A DNA stretch of 64,000 nt from Chrysomallon squamiferum (Eukaryota; Animalia; Mollusca). Positions within the stretch are counted from its first letter, which is position 1; the number at the start of each line of letters is the position of its first letter. The translations under genes were made by a program, and so were the position numbers. The notes beneath the pieces are model-generated. The model had not been told where the DNA came from and ran no database searches. It worked only from the letters and a program-made list of their open reading frames with translations. Below, piece by piece: positions 1 through 12,530 of the stretch. The stretch lies in the NCBI GenBank assembly GCA_012295275.1, contig CM022669.1, positions 1 through 64,000 of the forward strand, in the 5' to 3' direction.

Positions 1-1570
1 TGGTACTTCGTTCAGTTACGTATTGCTAGTAGTTTTCTTGTCAAACTACTTGTATTTCGATATTTAGCTTGTGTTTCTTCACAGAGCCACATCATTGTTC
101 CTTTGATTTTGAACAGGGCTTTAATCGAGTCATCATTTTGTAATTCTGAAAGTTCTCCTTGATACTCCATGGTTACATCTGACAGATCCACTAGCAATGG
201 CTGAGTCATCCAAGATGGATAATTAATTTCTTTCAAATCAGAAAATCTGAAGTTGAAATCGCTTACCATTGTTTTTAAGTGCTCCACAATAACAAGACAA
301 GTAGCATCTGTTACCTCACATTTATTCAGCCAATAAAATTGTTCAAATTTTTTGACAGAAATATTTTCTTGGGATAATTCCAGAAATGATATAAAGCCAA
401 ATATCTTGGCCTTTGAATTAACAAGAGTCATATTTGTTCCTTGGAGCTCCTTATTTAAGACATTGAGTTTTTCAAATATATCTGCTAAATGAATGACAAG
501 TGCTTTACCATCAACTGTCAGTAACAGAGTCATATAAGGTTTGTCATCCAAGAACTCACTAAGAATATCAAATAATTCCATGAATCTTTTCAGGCAATTC
601 CCCTTTGATAACCACCTTACATCAGTCTGAAGTAATACTCTTACATAGTCTGCATTTTGATCCTTGCAAAATTGTTTGAAAAGACGCTCACATTTGGCAT
701 CAATGTTGATGCATTTTATAACTGCATTCACTGTCTCGTTTAGAACAGGGGAAACTGTTTTGTAAACTAAATTCTGTCTATAAATAACACAATGCACTAA
801 CAACATTTGGGGATTGCTGTCTTTCAATAAGTTTAAAATTTTATTTTTCTTGTCCATCATCACTGGAGCACAGTCTGCAGCACAAGATATAATGTTCTCC
901 ATTGGTATCTGCTTATCATCTAAATATGTTTTAAATTTCTTATATTATATCAACTGCAATAGTGGTGGTTTCTAATGCTTCGCAAAATAGCATACCCTCA
1001 ATAAATTCTCCATTATCAACATATCTTACATAGGCCAATAACAGAGCTTCACTATCTCTTACAGTTGATTCGTCCAACTGTATTGAAAAATTTGTATATT
1101 TTAATTTTTCAACAAGTTGTGCTTCTACATCACAACTCATTTCATCAATCCTGCCACTAACAGTATTATTACTGAGCGACATGCTTTTGAGATCTTGGTC
1201 ATCTTTTTCAAGAACTACTCTCAGAAAAGACGATATTTGCGGGATTAATTAAATTCTCCTCTATTGTATGATTTTTTTTCCACATTTTGCTATGAGAAGA
1301 GAAATTTCATAAACTAAAACTCACCTTCTTAAACAAGTCGGAAGCCACGCATATAGCTGGTGCCAGATGCACGATGACATTAGTGGGTGAACATTTGACT
1401 AGACTGCACAAGCTGTTGCGCTCGGCTAGGTTGTAATTTTACCCTATACATTTATAATTTTTATAAAATAAAATAAAAATGTTGATATTACTATATTTTT
1501 TCATATTGCCTCCCCTATTATTATTGAATTGCCCCCCAGTGGGGCGTAGGCCCCACGTTGGGAATCACTG
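1..1570 (-). mobile_element. Defective hAT DNA transposon (Buster/Charlie, SCAND3/ZBED-like), partial; runs off window start
   Basis: Minus-strand ORFs 940-1182 (FSIQLDEST, first catalytic D) and 12-902 (HCVIYRQNL, VRWLSKG) are hAT transposase motifs in different frames. The terminal repeat GTTGGGAATCACTG at 1557-1570 is the reverse complement of CAGTG(G/A)TTCCCAAC seen at 35945. Confidence 0.92.
12..1182 (-). pseudogene. Frameshifted hAT transposase fragment
   Basis: Split into ORFs 940-1182 and 12-902. The DGA motif is mutated to DCA. The C-terminus goes out of frame (KLLAIRN versus KLLLPFPSSYLVE in copy 2). Confidence 0.85.
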
Positions 1571-2603
1571 CTCTAGGGGTGTCCGATATGGGGTCTGTGT
1601 ATGCATAGACAGAAATACCGTAGCACATTTTCGTACACTAGAACACAACAAACACAAGACACTTTTAAAACCTGTATTCGCGCCAGCTAGGAACAGTCAG
1701 TTCAGTGGTATAGAATAATACAGATGGATAGAAATATTGTAATATTGTAACAACAGTTACATCAGGGTTAATACAATCAGAAGAGCAAATATTTATATGT
1801 GTAACAAGTTACCCAGTGCGTCAAGTGACCGTTATTTCCACAGTTTTGAATTTTTATGAATTTTTATTAATTAATTAATTGCACTAATTAGCTCAAATGT
1901 ACCTTAAGCCTTAATTAAGTAATTCTCAAAAAAAAAGATTAATGAATTGCACAAGCCTTTATATTTTTCAAGCATTTTGCTAACATTCACTTTTTAATTA
2001 TTTGTATATTATTTTTGTATCATTTACCATTAATTTGCTTTACGAGTTCATTATAGTATATAGATGAAATAAATTCACAAAAAAATCTAACTTGCTAAGA
2101 ATTGTCTGCATAATCAACATCTTTATCAGAAAGAAAATATTACCTAAAACAGAAATATTATGCCACATAATTACTAAATCAAACAACACAGACGAAAAAT
2201 CTAACTTTTCAGACACCGACAGCGACAACAACGACAACAGTCGCGTCATTGGCTGAGAACAGCACACATTTTGGTATTCAAAATTAAGAACCTGCTACCC
2301 TAAAGATTTGTATGAAATTTAACAGACCATCAGAGAAAGATATAATTTGTAACTTGTATATAATTTAACGCTCCGAGTAAGCTTATGGACGATCATTTGT
2401 CTGTAGAATATCTGTTGTTTATCAAAGATTACATTACAGATTACAAAACAAAGATGAAACTGAATATATAAAAGTAATGACGAAGCAAAAACGTGACACA
2501 AAAGTCGTGCGAGCTTCCGCTTCCCCTCAGTGAGGGCTTTGTGACTTCGGTTAACAACGAGAGGTGAAGGTTTCGATCAAAGAGTGCGATTTGTTAGTAA
2601 CAC

Positions 2604-2829
2604 GGCCAATGCGGAGTATAAAATTTCCAGATATTTCTGTAAATCGAAAGATGATAGCCATCAACTAACAACGATTATTTATCCAAATGTCCGACTGAGC
2701 TGTTCTCCACTAGAGCTCGGCCTAGGACGTTAGTTTCGCTGAATCTCCTCAGTTGAGAGCAGACATTACTTTGACCTACATAGAGATCATCGATTATTTC
2801 CAATACGACGCAGTATAACACAGGTAACG
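2604..2829 (+). promoter_or_regulatory. Candidate cGLR promoter and non-coding first exon
   Basis: CCAAT at 2606-2610 and TATAAAA at 2617-2623, then a CpG-richer stretch ending in a good donor CAG|GTAACG at 2823/2824. Repeated at ~15541-15766 and ~51332-51557. No transcript evidence. Confidence 0.3.
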
Positions 2830-2862
2830 TCACAATGTGGATTTTTATTTTATTTTATTTTA

Positions 2863-2896
<34 letters not shown>

Positions 2897-5800
2897 TTAG
2901 AATTTCTTTATTTCTTCTTTTCCTTCTCATTATTTTGCTTACTTTCCAGTTAAGCATAGTTCATTTCGAAGTTTTCTTATTAAATATGACACGTAACCGA
3001 AATATGCTGGTATAGTTATTGCTACGTTTTCTTTTGCTACGTTCTTCAGTTTTTATTCAATTATTATTTATTTGTTTATTTATTTATTTTGATGTCAAGA
3101 TTATGAATACATAATCTATAACTGCTGTTATTTAATCAACTATTAACATTTGATACAATTATTTAGATAGTAAATAAAATTACTTTTCAGTGGGCTGTAA
3201 CATATATGAATTATAAATAGACAGAAATGTATGAACATCCTCAGTGTTACCTAGTTTCTGTTTCCTTCTACCTTATTTTTACCTCACTCACTAAAAATGT
3301 GACAGTCCACGTACCTCGAACAACAAGTTCTTAGTGTTTGACTAAATGGCGGTTTACTCTGCAAGTTCACAATGTTTCTTTTTGAAACTTAAGAGTTACA
3401 GGTTTTTTTTTCTAACGTTGTGATAATGCTTTATGTAAAAATGTTGAAACACATGCACAATCCCCAACAAGAAAACAACGAAACGGTAAACTGTTTATTA
3501 TTTTAAAATAGTTATATTTTACTTGTATTTTTTCATTCTTTCTTTCTTTAACTCTTTCATTCTTTCTTTCTTCTGCTCTTTTTTATTTGATATGTTTTTA
3601 AATCAGTCCCATTTGGCTATTTCCCACTCCAGCCCGTGCTCCATGACGTGATAAACAAAGACTGGTTTGTGTTTTCCTGAAACTTCACGTAAAACCTGCC
3701 TTCATTTTATCAAAAGCCTCGCACAAGTCGTCAGCGAGTTTGATCTGTCTTTACTACAGAATGTATCACCCATATAACATTTAAAATATTTTATGTTCTC
3801 CGTTAAAGAAAACATTTCTTCTGTCTATCCTAGTCAGTACAGAACAACTGGATTATCGAAGACAATATTTTCCTGTGTGTGTGGGTAGGTGCAGATATGA
3901 AACAACTTCCTACTACTTCATAGCGGTAGAGTACAGCAGTGATTGTCTGTTTCATATAATGGTAATACAAAAGCATTATATGTAATCATGTTAATATTAA
4001 AATCTATTCTCAGTCATTAAATACTAATTATTAAGACATATCTTATTACAGAAATGTAAATCTAGGTTTGGACGCAAAGACTACAAAATCTTTGAATAAT
4101 TACAACTTTCAAGATCATCTTTTGGCAGTTTTATATTACTAGAGTTAAGTGTTTCCCATATCCAAATATTTCAACATTTGTTTGCTTGAATTATGGACTA
4201 TACTCGAGAAGAAAGGAAAAATATAGGAAATATTCATTAATTATTATATAAACATTTCTTTTAAAAAAATCATTGAAGATAAACTAGTGTATTATTATAG
4301 AGCAACAGCTTAATAATAATAAACAACAATATCAAGTTCATATCATACAAGGTCTGTGTTATGTGAAATATTTCAGAAAATCAGTTCATTCACTTTTTTT
4401 AAATTTTATTTTAGATGAATTAAAACGAATGCAATTTTTTATTCTGGTCCGCGTGCTGGGCTAAATTCACTTGTTTAGATACGAGTCGTTGTTATCAAAT
4501 GTTTTCTTATGTGCTTGTTTTTCTATGAGGTGAAAAATTATTTTTTCTTGCTGGTATTCTGTAAAATGAGCCTATTGTCAAAAGACACGCATGAATGATT
4601 TTTAATGATCCTCAGTACAATAATATCAGGTCATGTTAACCATTTATACACTTACTTTAAAGGCAACACGTATCGTAGTACAAATCTTTTATCTGTCTTA
4701 CTTGATGTTTTTCTCTCGGCTTCTCTCTCCAGCTTTTTAAACCAAAAATATTCAACAAAAATTATTTTATTTATTTATTTATTTATTTATTATTTATTTA
4801 TTTATTTATGTTTTATTTATTACTTGTCTGAAGAGAAATTACTGCTATCAACGACTTAATTTGGAAGAAGAAATTCGGCTAAAGTGGATTTTATCTGTTA
4901 ACCATTAGAAGATCATGTTTAATACGTAATAAATGCTAGGTAGTTTTTTCACATGATTGATTTTGTTGTTATTTTCTACTCAAATCTCTTTTTTTTTTTT
5001 TTCTTTTTTTTTTTTATATTTGAAGTTACTTTTTATAATAATAATATTAATAATAATTTCTATAAATAAGGAGGTTTTGAAACTTGTCCAGGTTATAATA
5101 ATGAAAAAGCAAAAAAAAAAAAAAAAAAAAAAAAAGAAAAAGATGTATAATGTAAACAAACTTTTTCAGATTTAGTTTCTTTTTTCTTTTGTATCGAAAA
5201 TAATTGTTTTTAGAAAGTTGATGGTTTTCCTAGCCCGCCACGCATATGATATATTAACGCTTTGTTAAAAATTAACGCTTATTTTAAATATTATCCTAAC
5301 GCTCATACAAATGTTCACTATTTATTTTTTTCAAATAAAGGTTATTTTACATTTTATGTGAACACTGATTGCTCATTTTTGGGAATCAAAGTATTTTTAA
5401 TTTTATCCTTAGACTCAATGTTAAGTTTCTTAAGTAGAAGCTAGTTATTTTTATCCTAACAATCACCATTAACTTTCCCAAGAAAAATACAACGTATTTA
5501 AAATATTACACTACATGCATCAAACATTTTTTACCAAATTATTATTTTTTTAAACAATAGCAATTTCAGGTTTATTCGAGCACTAAATCTAATCCTAACC
5601 CAAACATTATGCTCAAACATAACCGTAATGCTATCCTTAAATCTAACCGAACTTTTCAGACACCGACAGCAACAACAACCACAACAACCCGCGTCGTTGG
5701 CTGAGAACAGACATTTTGTATCTAAATTAAGAACCTGCTACCTAAAGATTTGTATGAAATTTAGCAGAATATGACAGAAGTGTATAATTTGTTACTTGTA

Positions 5801-7082
5801 TACGATTTAAAGATCCGCATAAGCTTATGGACGATTATTTGTCTGTAGAATATCTGTTTTTTTTATCAATAATCTCATCATAAAAAAAAAAAAAACGAGC
5901 ACAAAGATGAAACTGAATATAGAAAAATAATGCGTAAGCAAAAACGTGTATTTCTGTAAATCGAAAGATGCTTGTCATCGAGTGACAGAGGATATTCATC
6001 CAAACGTCAGTCTGTGGTGTTCTCCGTCACGGCTCGGTTTAGCCAAAATATGCTCGTATGCTTATTCCTTTCCTTTTTCTACGTTCTTTACTTTGTTATT
6101 TATTTATTTATTTTTTAAGAGTATGTGGACGAATCGTCATGACACTTATGTGAACACAGTGAATACATAATTTATAACTGTGCTGTCATTTAATCAACTG
6201 TTAACATTCGATACAATGATTTAGTTAGGAAATAAAATTATTGTACGATCACTGCAATGTATACGAATTAGAAATCGATAGAAATGTATGTCATCAGTCT
6301 TATTTTTACCTCACTCACTAAAAATGTGACAGTCCGCGTACCTCGAACAACAAGTTCTTAGTGTTTGACTAAATGGCGGTTTACTCTGCAAGTTCACAAT
6401 GTTTCTATTTGAAACGTACAATTACAGGTTATTTTATTTTTCTAATGCAGTCATAATGTCTTTAGAATGAAATCTCCTTTGATAATATTAAATGATAATA
6501 TTAAAAACCTTATATGTAATCATGCTAGTATTAAAATCTATTCTCACTCATTATATATTTATTAAGTTATATCTTATCACAGAAATATATTTCTGGGTTT
6601 GGAGGCAAAGACTACAACAACTTTGACTATTACGACTTTCACGTTGCTGGAAATCATCTTTTGACAGTTTTATATTACTAAAGGCAAGTGTTTCCCATAT
6701 CCAAATACTACAGCATTTTTACTGCTTGAATTATTGAGTATACACGAGAACAAAACATTTGTAACACACATTGATTAATATTTATTCATTCATAATTATT
6801 ATATAGACTTTTTTTTTTGAGAAATCATTCTAAACAGATTACTGTATTGCATTACAAAAATAATAGCAGCAGCAACGACGACACGAACAATAAGAAAAGT
6901 AAACAAAGAACAAGAAGTTTTTCAATCCATTCACATATTAGCTGCTATTTATTTAGTGTTAGTAGTATTTTTTTTTTTTTTTAAATCATGTTCTGTTTCT
7001 TTCCTTTTTCCTTTTTCTAATTAAATTAATTTTAATTTTTACATCGTACACAATCTGGACTTGTGCTTAGCGTAAGTTTTTA

Positions 7083-7083
<1 letters not shown>

Positions 7084-7137
<54 letters not shown>

Positions 7138-7438
7138 GTAGTAGTAGTAGTAGTAGTAGTAGTTGTAGTAGTTGTAGTAATAATGCCATGAAATGGTTAT
7201 TTTTACAAATGTAGGATGATATACCTCTATTAAATAAAATATGAAGTCGTCGAAATAACGCGAAAACTGGTGACACATTTTCCCGGAATTTCACAATGAT
7301 TCACGCCCACCTATCTGTTTGATGTAATGGATTACGAATAGGAAACATGAATGGAAATTAAATAGCAGTGTAATATCCGGGTTTCATAATTTCAAAACAA
7401 AAAAACAATCAACGAAGAAAATTGTTAGGCATTTGCAA

Positions 7439-7473
<35 letters not shown>

Positions 7474-7560
7474 ATTAATTAATTAATTAATTAATTAATA
7501 AAATAAAATAAAATAAAATAAAATAAAATAAAATAAATAAATAAATAAATAAATAAATAA
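7084..7560. repeat. (AAT)n/(AGT)n and (TAAA)n/(TAAAA)n microsatellites
   Basis: Directly visible. Equivalent tracts lie at ~20208-20655 and ~56041-56515. Confidence 0.9.
7280..7292. promoter_or_regulatory. STAT-type GAS element TTCCCGGAA overlapping GGAATTTC
   Basis: Perfect TTCN3GAA palindrome ~1.25 kb upstream of the cGLR-A ATG. Also at 20421-20429 and 56232-56240. Motif match only. Confidence 0.35.
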
Positions 7561-8537
7561 AATTAAAGAAAGAAACAAATCAAGAAATAAAAACAAACAA
7601 ACAAACAAATGAATGAATGAATAAATAATGAAATAAAAGAGAAAGCATTTACTATTATGCTTATCCCACATCGCGTTTGGACATCAAATGTTTTTTATGA
7701 GTCATGTTTCGAAAATAAACACTTCTCGTGTTACTGCTTATTGCTTGTAAATTACACTTTCCTGTTAAACGGCTTAAAAGATAAAAAGATTTTAAGTAAT
7801 TATAAGTATTCAGTTAATCTACATTTCCCCTGAAACACCCATTATCAGAAAATACGGAAGAAAAAATAAATCTGAAAAATTCCTTTTACTTTTGAAAAAC
7901 AAACTATTTTGGTAATCGCAAATCATTATAAATTGCTGGTCATAATTTTTATTTTTATTTATTAATAATTCTTTTTTGATTTTTACTTTGCCTTCTTAAA
8001 AAATTTATATTCATGTACATGTAGTCGCTTTTTATATTTTGTTAAATTTAAAAGAAAAACTAAAGAAAAACATACAGATTTCGCAATATGAATTCGCGCT
8101 AAAAAAAAATTAAAAATATTATTTGGAACCTTACCGCTTGTAGATTGCAGTCAATACAAAAAGATGAAAATCTTATATATTCCAGTAAAATAATTATTTT
8201 CAAAAATGTGGCCTTAAATATTTTGTTAATGTCGATTATTTTTATAGTGTTCAGGAATGTTGTTTTTTTGTTGTTGTTTTTTTTATTATTATAACCTGGA
8301 CGAGTTTCAAAACCTTTACATTTATAGATAATATTTTATTAAAGAGTTTTATTTTGAAAACAAATTTCAGGTATCTGATTTTATCAAGTCAAAGGTGATT
8401 GTGGGGAAAAAAAAGGTCACCATCCAAATCTGTAAATGTACGACGTTTCACCATCTCTTCAACCAGTCACGGATCTGAAAATACCAAACATTTGATAAAA
8501 AAATATAGCCAAAAAAACTCCCCCAAAAAACAAAAAC

Positions 8538-11204
8538 ATGGAACATAGTACAGGTTCTATGGAGTGTGAGAAAAGAATCTGAAACATCAGAAGGAAATCG
8601 TGCAGCTACTGGTGATGAAACATCTTCTTCTTCATCTGGTGCAAGACCTAAAACAAATACTGAAGAAACACCAAAGTCTTCTAAACAGTATAAGAAAGAA
8701 TCTGAAACACCAGAAGTAAATCCTGCAGCTACTGGTGATGAAACACCTTCTTCTTCATCTGGTGCAAGACCTAAAACAAATACTGAAGAAACACCAAAGT
8801 CTTCTAAACAGTATAAGAAAGAATCTGAAACACCAGAAGTAAATCCTGCAGCTACTGGTGATGAAACACCTTCTTCTTCATCTGGTGCAAGACCTAAAAC
8901 AAATACTGAAGAAACACCAAAGTCTTCTAAACAGTATAAGAAAGAACCTGAAACACCAGAAGTAAATCCTGCAGCTACTGGTGATGAAACACCTTCTTCT
9001 TCATCTGGTGCAATACCTAAAACAAATACTGAAGAAACACCAAAGTCTTCTAAACAGTATAAGAAAGAATCTGAAACACCAGAAGTAAATCCTGCAGCTA
9101 CTGGTGATGAAACACCTTCTTCTTCATCTGGTGCAATACCTAAAACAAATACTGAAGAAACACCAAAGTCTTCTAAACAGTATAAGAAAGAATCTGAAAC
9201 ACCAGAAGTAAATCCTGCAGCTACTGGTGCAAGACCTAAAATAAAGTCGACTCCTAAAATAAAGGGAGATCGGATTCGCAAGTTTGATGAGTTTATTGAG
9301 AAGTTCAGTCTACAATCAGTATCCAGAGGAGAAATAAATAAGTTTTTTAATGATGAAGTTAGTCTTAGAAAACAACACATTAGTGAAGCTTCGTCTAAAT
9401 TTAATGATTTTAAGAATGGAATAATCGAGAAATTAAAGGAAAGGACAGGCATTAATTGGGACTATTTTAACGACGGCTCATACTATGATGGAACAAAGGT
9501 TAGTACGGCTGTTGTTTCATAACTTGTAAAAGTCGGAAACTTTCTGAACCATTAAACTTCACTTCTAATTGTATAAATTTTAGGTAAAAAACATATTTAG
9601 AAATAGACTGACCATTATTTTTATTTATTTATTTATTTATTTATTTAGTTATTTATTTTTGTGTTCCTCTTTTTTATTTTTATTTTTCTTCTTAATAATA
9701 ATATTGTTATTATTGTTGTTTTTGTTATTGTTATTCTTAATTTTCTTTTGCCTCAAGAAATCGTACTGATGGAAAAATGAAATCCATTTTCTTTAGGTCA
9801 GTGCAAATGATTTGCTTCAGAAAGATGAACTAAAAATGTAGCTATATCTATTTTAAAGAACTGCTTCCAAACAATCATCCCTGTATAAACCACATGGAGA
9901 AAATAAATAGTTAATTATATATTATTTTATTTTGCAGGTCAAGTCTGCCGATGAAAGTGACTGTTTGTTAATCCCCAAAAACATAGAAATCGTTGATGTA
10001 GAATATCCAGGTGAGCATTATGGCTACTGTTTCATCATCCCTGACAAAGACAAGCTGCCTAAAGGTGTAGACCTTTTAGACGGAAATTATTTGAGTGCAG
10101 TGAAATTTCGGGAATATGTTTTTCAGCATTTGGAGAATATAGTGACAGAGTTTACAGAGTGGAAACGTAAGCAGTTTCACCTAAAATTTATTGTTTCTTC
10201 TGTCTGTCTGTCTGATCGTCTGTCTTTATTGCTTCCTGATGTTTGAATTCATATTTTTATGTACATAAAACTAAGTACAATCACATATACATAACATTTA
10301 TTTTATTTTACTTTCTGTAAATGTGCATTTGTCGTCCTGTCTTGTATTATAGATTTATTGCTTGTCTGATCTATTAGTTTGTGTTGTATACGATAATTTC
10401 CGAAATCTTATTATTAGTTATGCATTAGGCCAGTGCGACATTCACGAGCGCAAGAAATCGTGACGTTGAGGAAATTATGCTAATTAAAACAACTAACTCT
10501 TTCAAAATTCTCCTATCAACTAATGTGAACTGAAACATTAAAACATAATCTGCTGATGACTGAAACTGATACGAATTTAGATCACTGGAATGCAATTTTG
10601 TGTAGATGTATCTCTACAGCTGAACCTTTGCTGTCACGTATCAGTTAAAATTAACAGACAGTTTGACATCAGACAGTGCTGTTTGACGATTATTCAACTG
10701 ACTGTGGATTGGGAAACTATTTCAAATGCAGCAAATTTCTACTAATATTTACCTAATTGTTTTAATTGTAATTATATACTTATACTTAATCCTTTTGTTG
10801 TTATTTTTAAAATATTTTTCCTGGTGCTTTTAATATCGTTAATTCCTTTATCTGTTTTTTTCTTTTTTTCATTTTTGTTTCTTTTTTTTTCTATTAATAT
10901 ATTCAATACAGGAAAAGATATGCATGGTAATTCCCCGAGTTTCAATGTGATTTATAGCGATCCTGGTAACAACGAACATTTTGACATAGATATTGTGCCT
11001 GCTCTGACAGTAAAGGAATGGCCAAATAATGCACCTACTAAGAACCTTGAAAAAAACGGCATAAATATTGAGAAAGAGAAAGGTATACATGCTGTTTGTA
11101 GAACCATTAAAGGTAAAGTTTAATATATGTGAAAAGTTTGTTTTCCTTCGACAAATATTTTGAAAATTGTCACATAAAAAAAAAAAAAAAAAAATAAATA
11201 AATA

Positions 11205-11248
<44 letters not shown>

Positions 11249-12337
11249 GTAGTAGTAGTTGCACTAGTAGTAGCAGCAGCAGTAAATAAATAAATAAATA
11301 GATAAACAAGAACATAAATAATAAAAAAATATTTAAATAGTGAAGAAAAATGTATTTCCAGGGACTTTACTTTTATTATTTATTTGTTTGTTTGCTTGTT
11401 TGTTTGCTTGTTTGTTTTCTTGTTTGTTTGTTTGTTTATTTGTTTGATTGTTTGTTTATTTATTTATTATGTTTTGTTTTGAAGTTCAGTTTGACTTCCA
11501 TTTTCAGACACACGCTTGTGGAGGATGTCGTTTTGTCGGGCTGAGAAAATGTTAACCAATCACGCAGATCAAAGATCTCGTGGTGAAAACATCACTTGCA
11601 GGAAAAAGGTAATGCGAATGTTGAAAAAGATTCTGCAAGTCGCAAAAGAAGACTCACCAGAGAGAATCAAAGAAATCGCAAAAAAAGAATCAGAAACAAC
11701 AACAACAATCAGAAGAAGAAACACCTCAGACAAAAGCACAGAAATCACAGAAACGAAGTCATCAGAGACAATCACTGAAATCACAAAAACATACTCATCA
11801 GAAACTATTACAAAAATCATCCAAACAGATTCTAAAACATCCAAAGTAATCGAAAAACCAAAGTTGTCAGACGCAACCACAGAAATCGAAAAACCAAACT
11901 CACCAGAAGGAATCGTAGAAATCAGAATAACAAAGTCATCAGAAACCACAGAAATCACAAAACCAAAGTTATCAGAAAATCTGATCGTAAAACAAATGCA
12001 AAAAGCGTCTGATAGCATTCGAAATCGTTATCCCGATTTGAGAATTAAAAATAAAGCGTGGAGATTTCATACCTATCATTTGTGTACGTTGATGTGGACG
12101 TTGTTTTATAAAAAATACCCTGGTCCTTCTGAGTGGCAGAATAAGTTTAAGTCAAAAAGTCTGTCTATAACACTGACTGAGCTTCAGAAGTGGATGAAAG
12201 GCGAAGTGGAAATAAATCACTTCTTCTTGCCTGATCTCCGACTGATGGACCGTGTGTCTACAAAAGAAAGAGAATTTATCTATCTCATCGCTGGCATTGC
12301 ACTCAAACTGTTCAAAAGAGAGGACGCAGAAAACTAA
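8538..12337 (+). CDS. cGAS-like receptor (cGLR / Mab-21 nucleotidyltransferase) copy A; join(8538..9498,9938..10166,10912..11112,11508..12337), ~739 aa if a +1 A at ~8571-8574 is corrected
   Basis: GT-AG introns with matching phases (0,1,1) join GSYYDGTK|VKSADESD, GNSPSF..FDIDIVPAL..WP, LWRMSFCRAEK, CRKKVMRMLK, TYHLCT and INHFFLPDLRLM, in canonical cGAS/Mab-21 motif order. There is one extra A relative to copies B and C just after the ATG (real frameshift or homopolymer error). Confidence 0.88.
8571..9240 (+). repeat. 123-bp (41-aa) coding tandem repeat, 5 full units plus a partial
   Basis: Unit KKESETPEVNPAATGDETPSSSSGA(R/I)PKTNTEETPKSSKQY. Confidence 0.95.
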
Positions 12338-12371
12338 CTTTGTTGATGTTTGATTCCTCATTGTTATGACT

Positions 12372-12387
12372 GATGATTATTATTATG

Positions 12388-12422
<35 letters not shown>

Positions 12423-12530
12423 CATTATGATTATTGTTATTATTGTTATTATTTTTATTATTATTCTTATTATTATTATTATTATTATTATTATTGTTAT
12501 TGTTATTATTACTATTATAACAATTACTAT
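12372..12530. repeat. (TAT)n/(TGTTAT)n microsatellite in the cGLR-A 3' UTR
   Basis: Directly visible. Counterpart at ~25497-25690. Confidence 0.9.

Noticed and set aside
5585-5652. Telomere-like CCTAAC/CTAACC hexamers
   Set aside because: Too short and degenerate to call an interstitial telomere.
8448-9452. Long minus-strand ORFs (also 21552-22349 and 57403-58404)
   Set aside because: Antisense shadows of the 123-bp coding repeat. The plus strand carries the cGLR motifs and splice sites.
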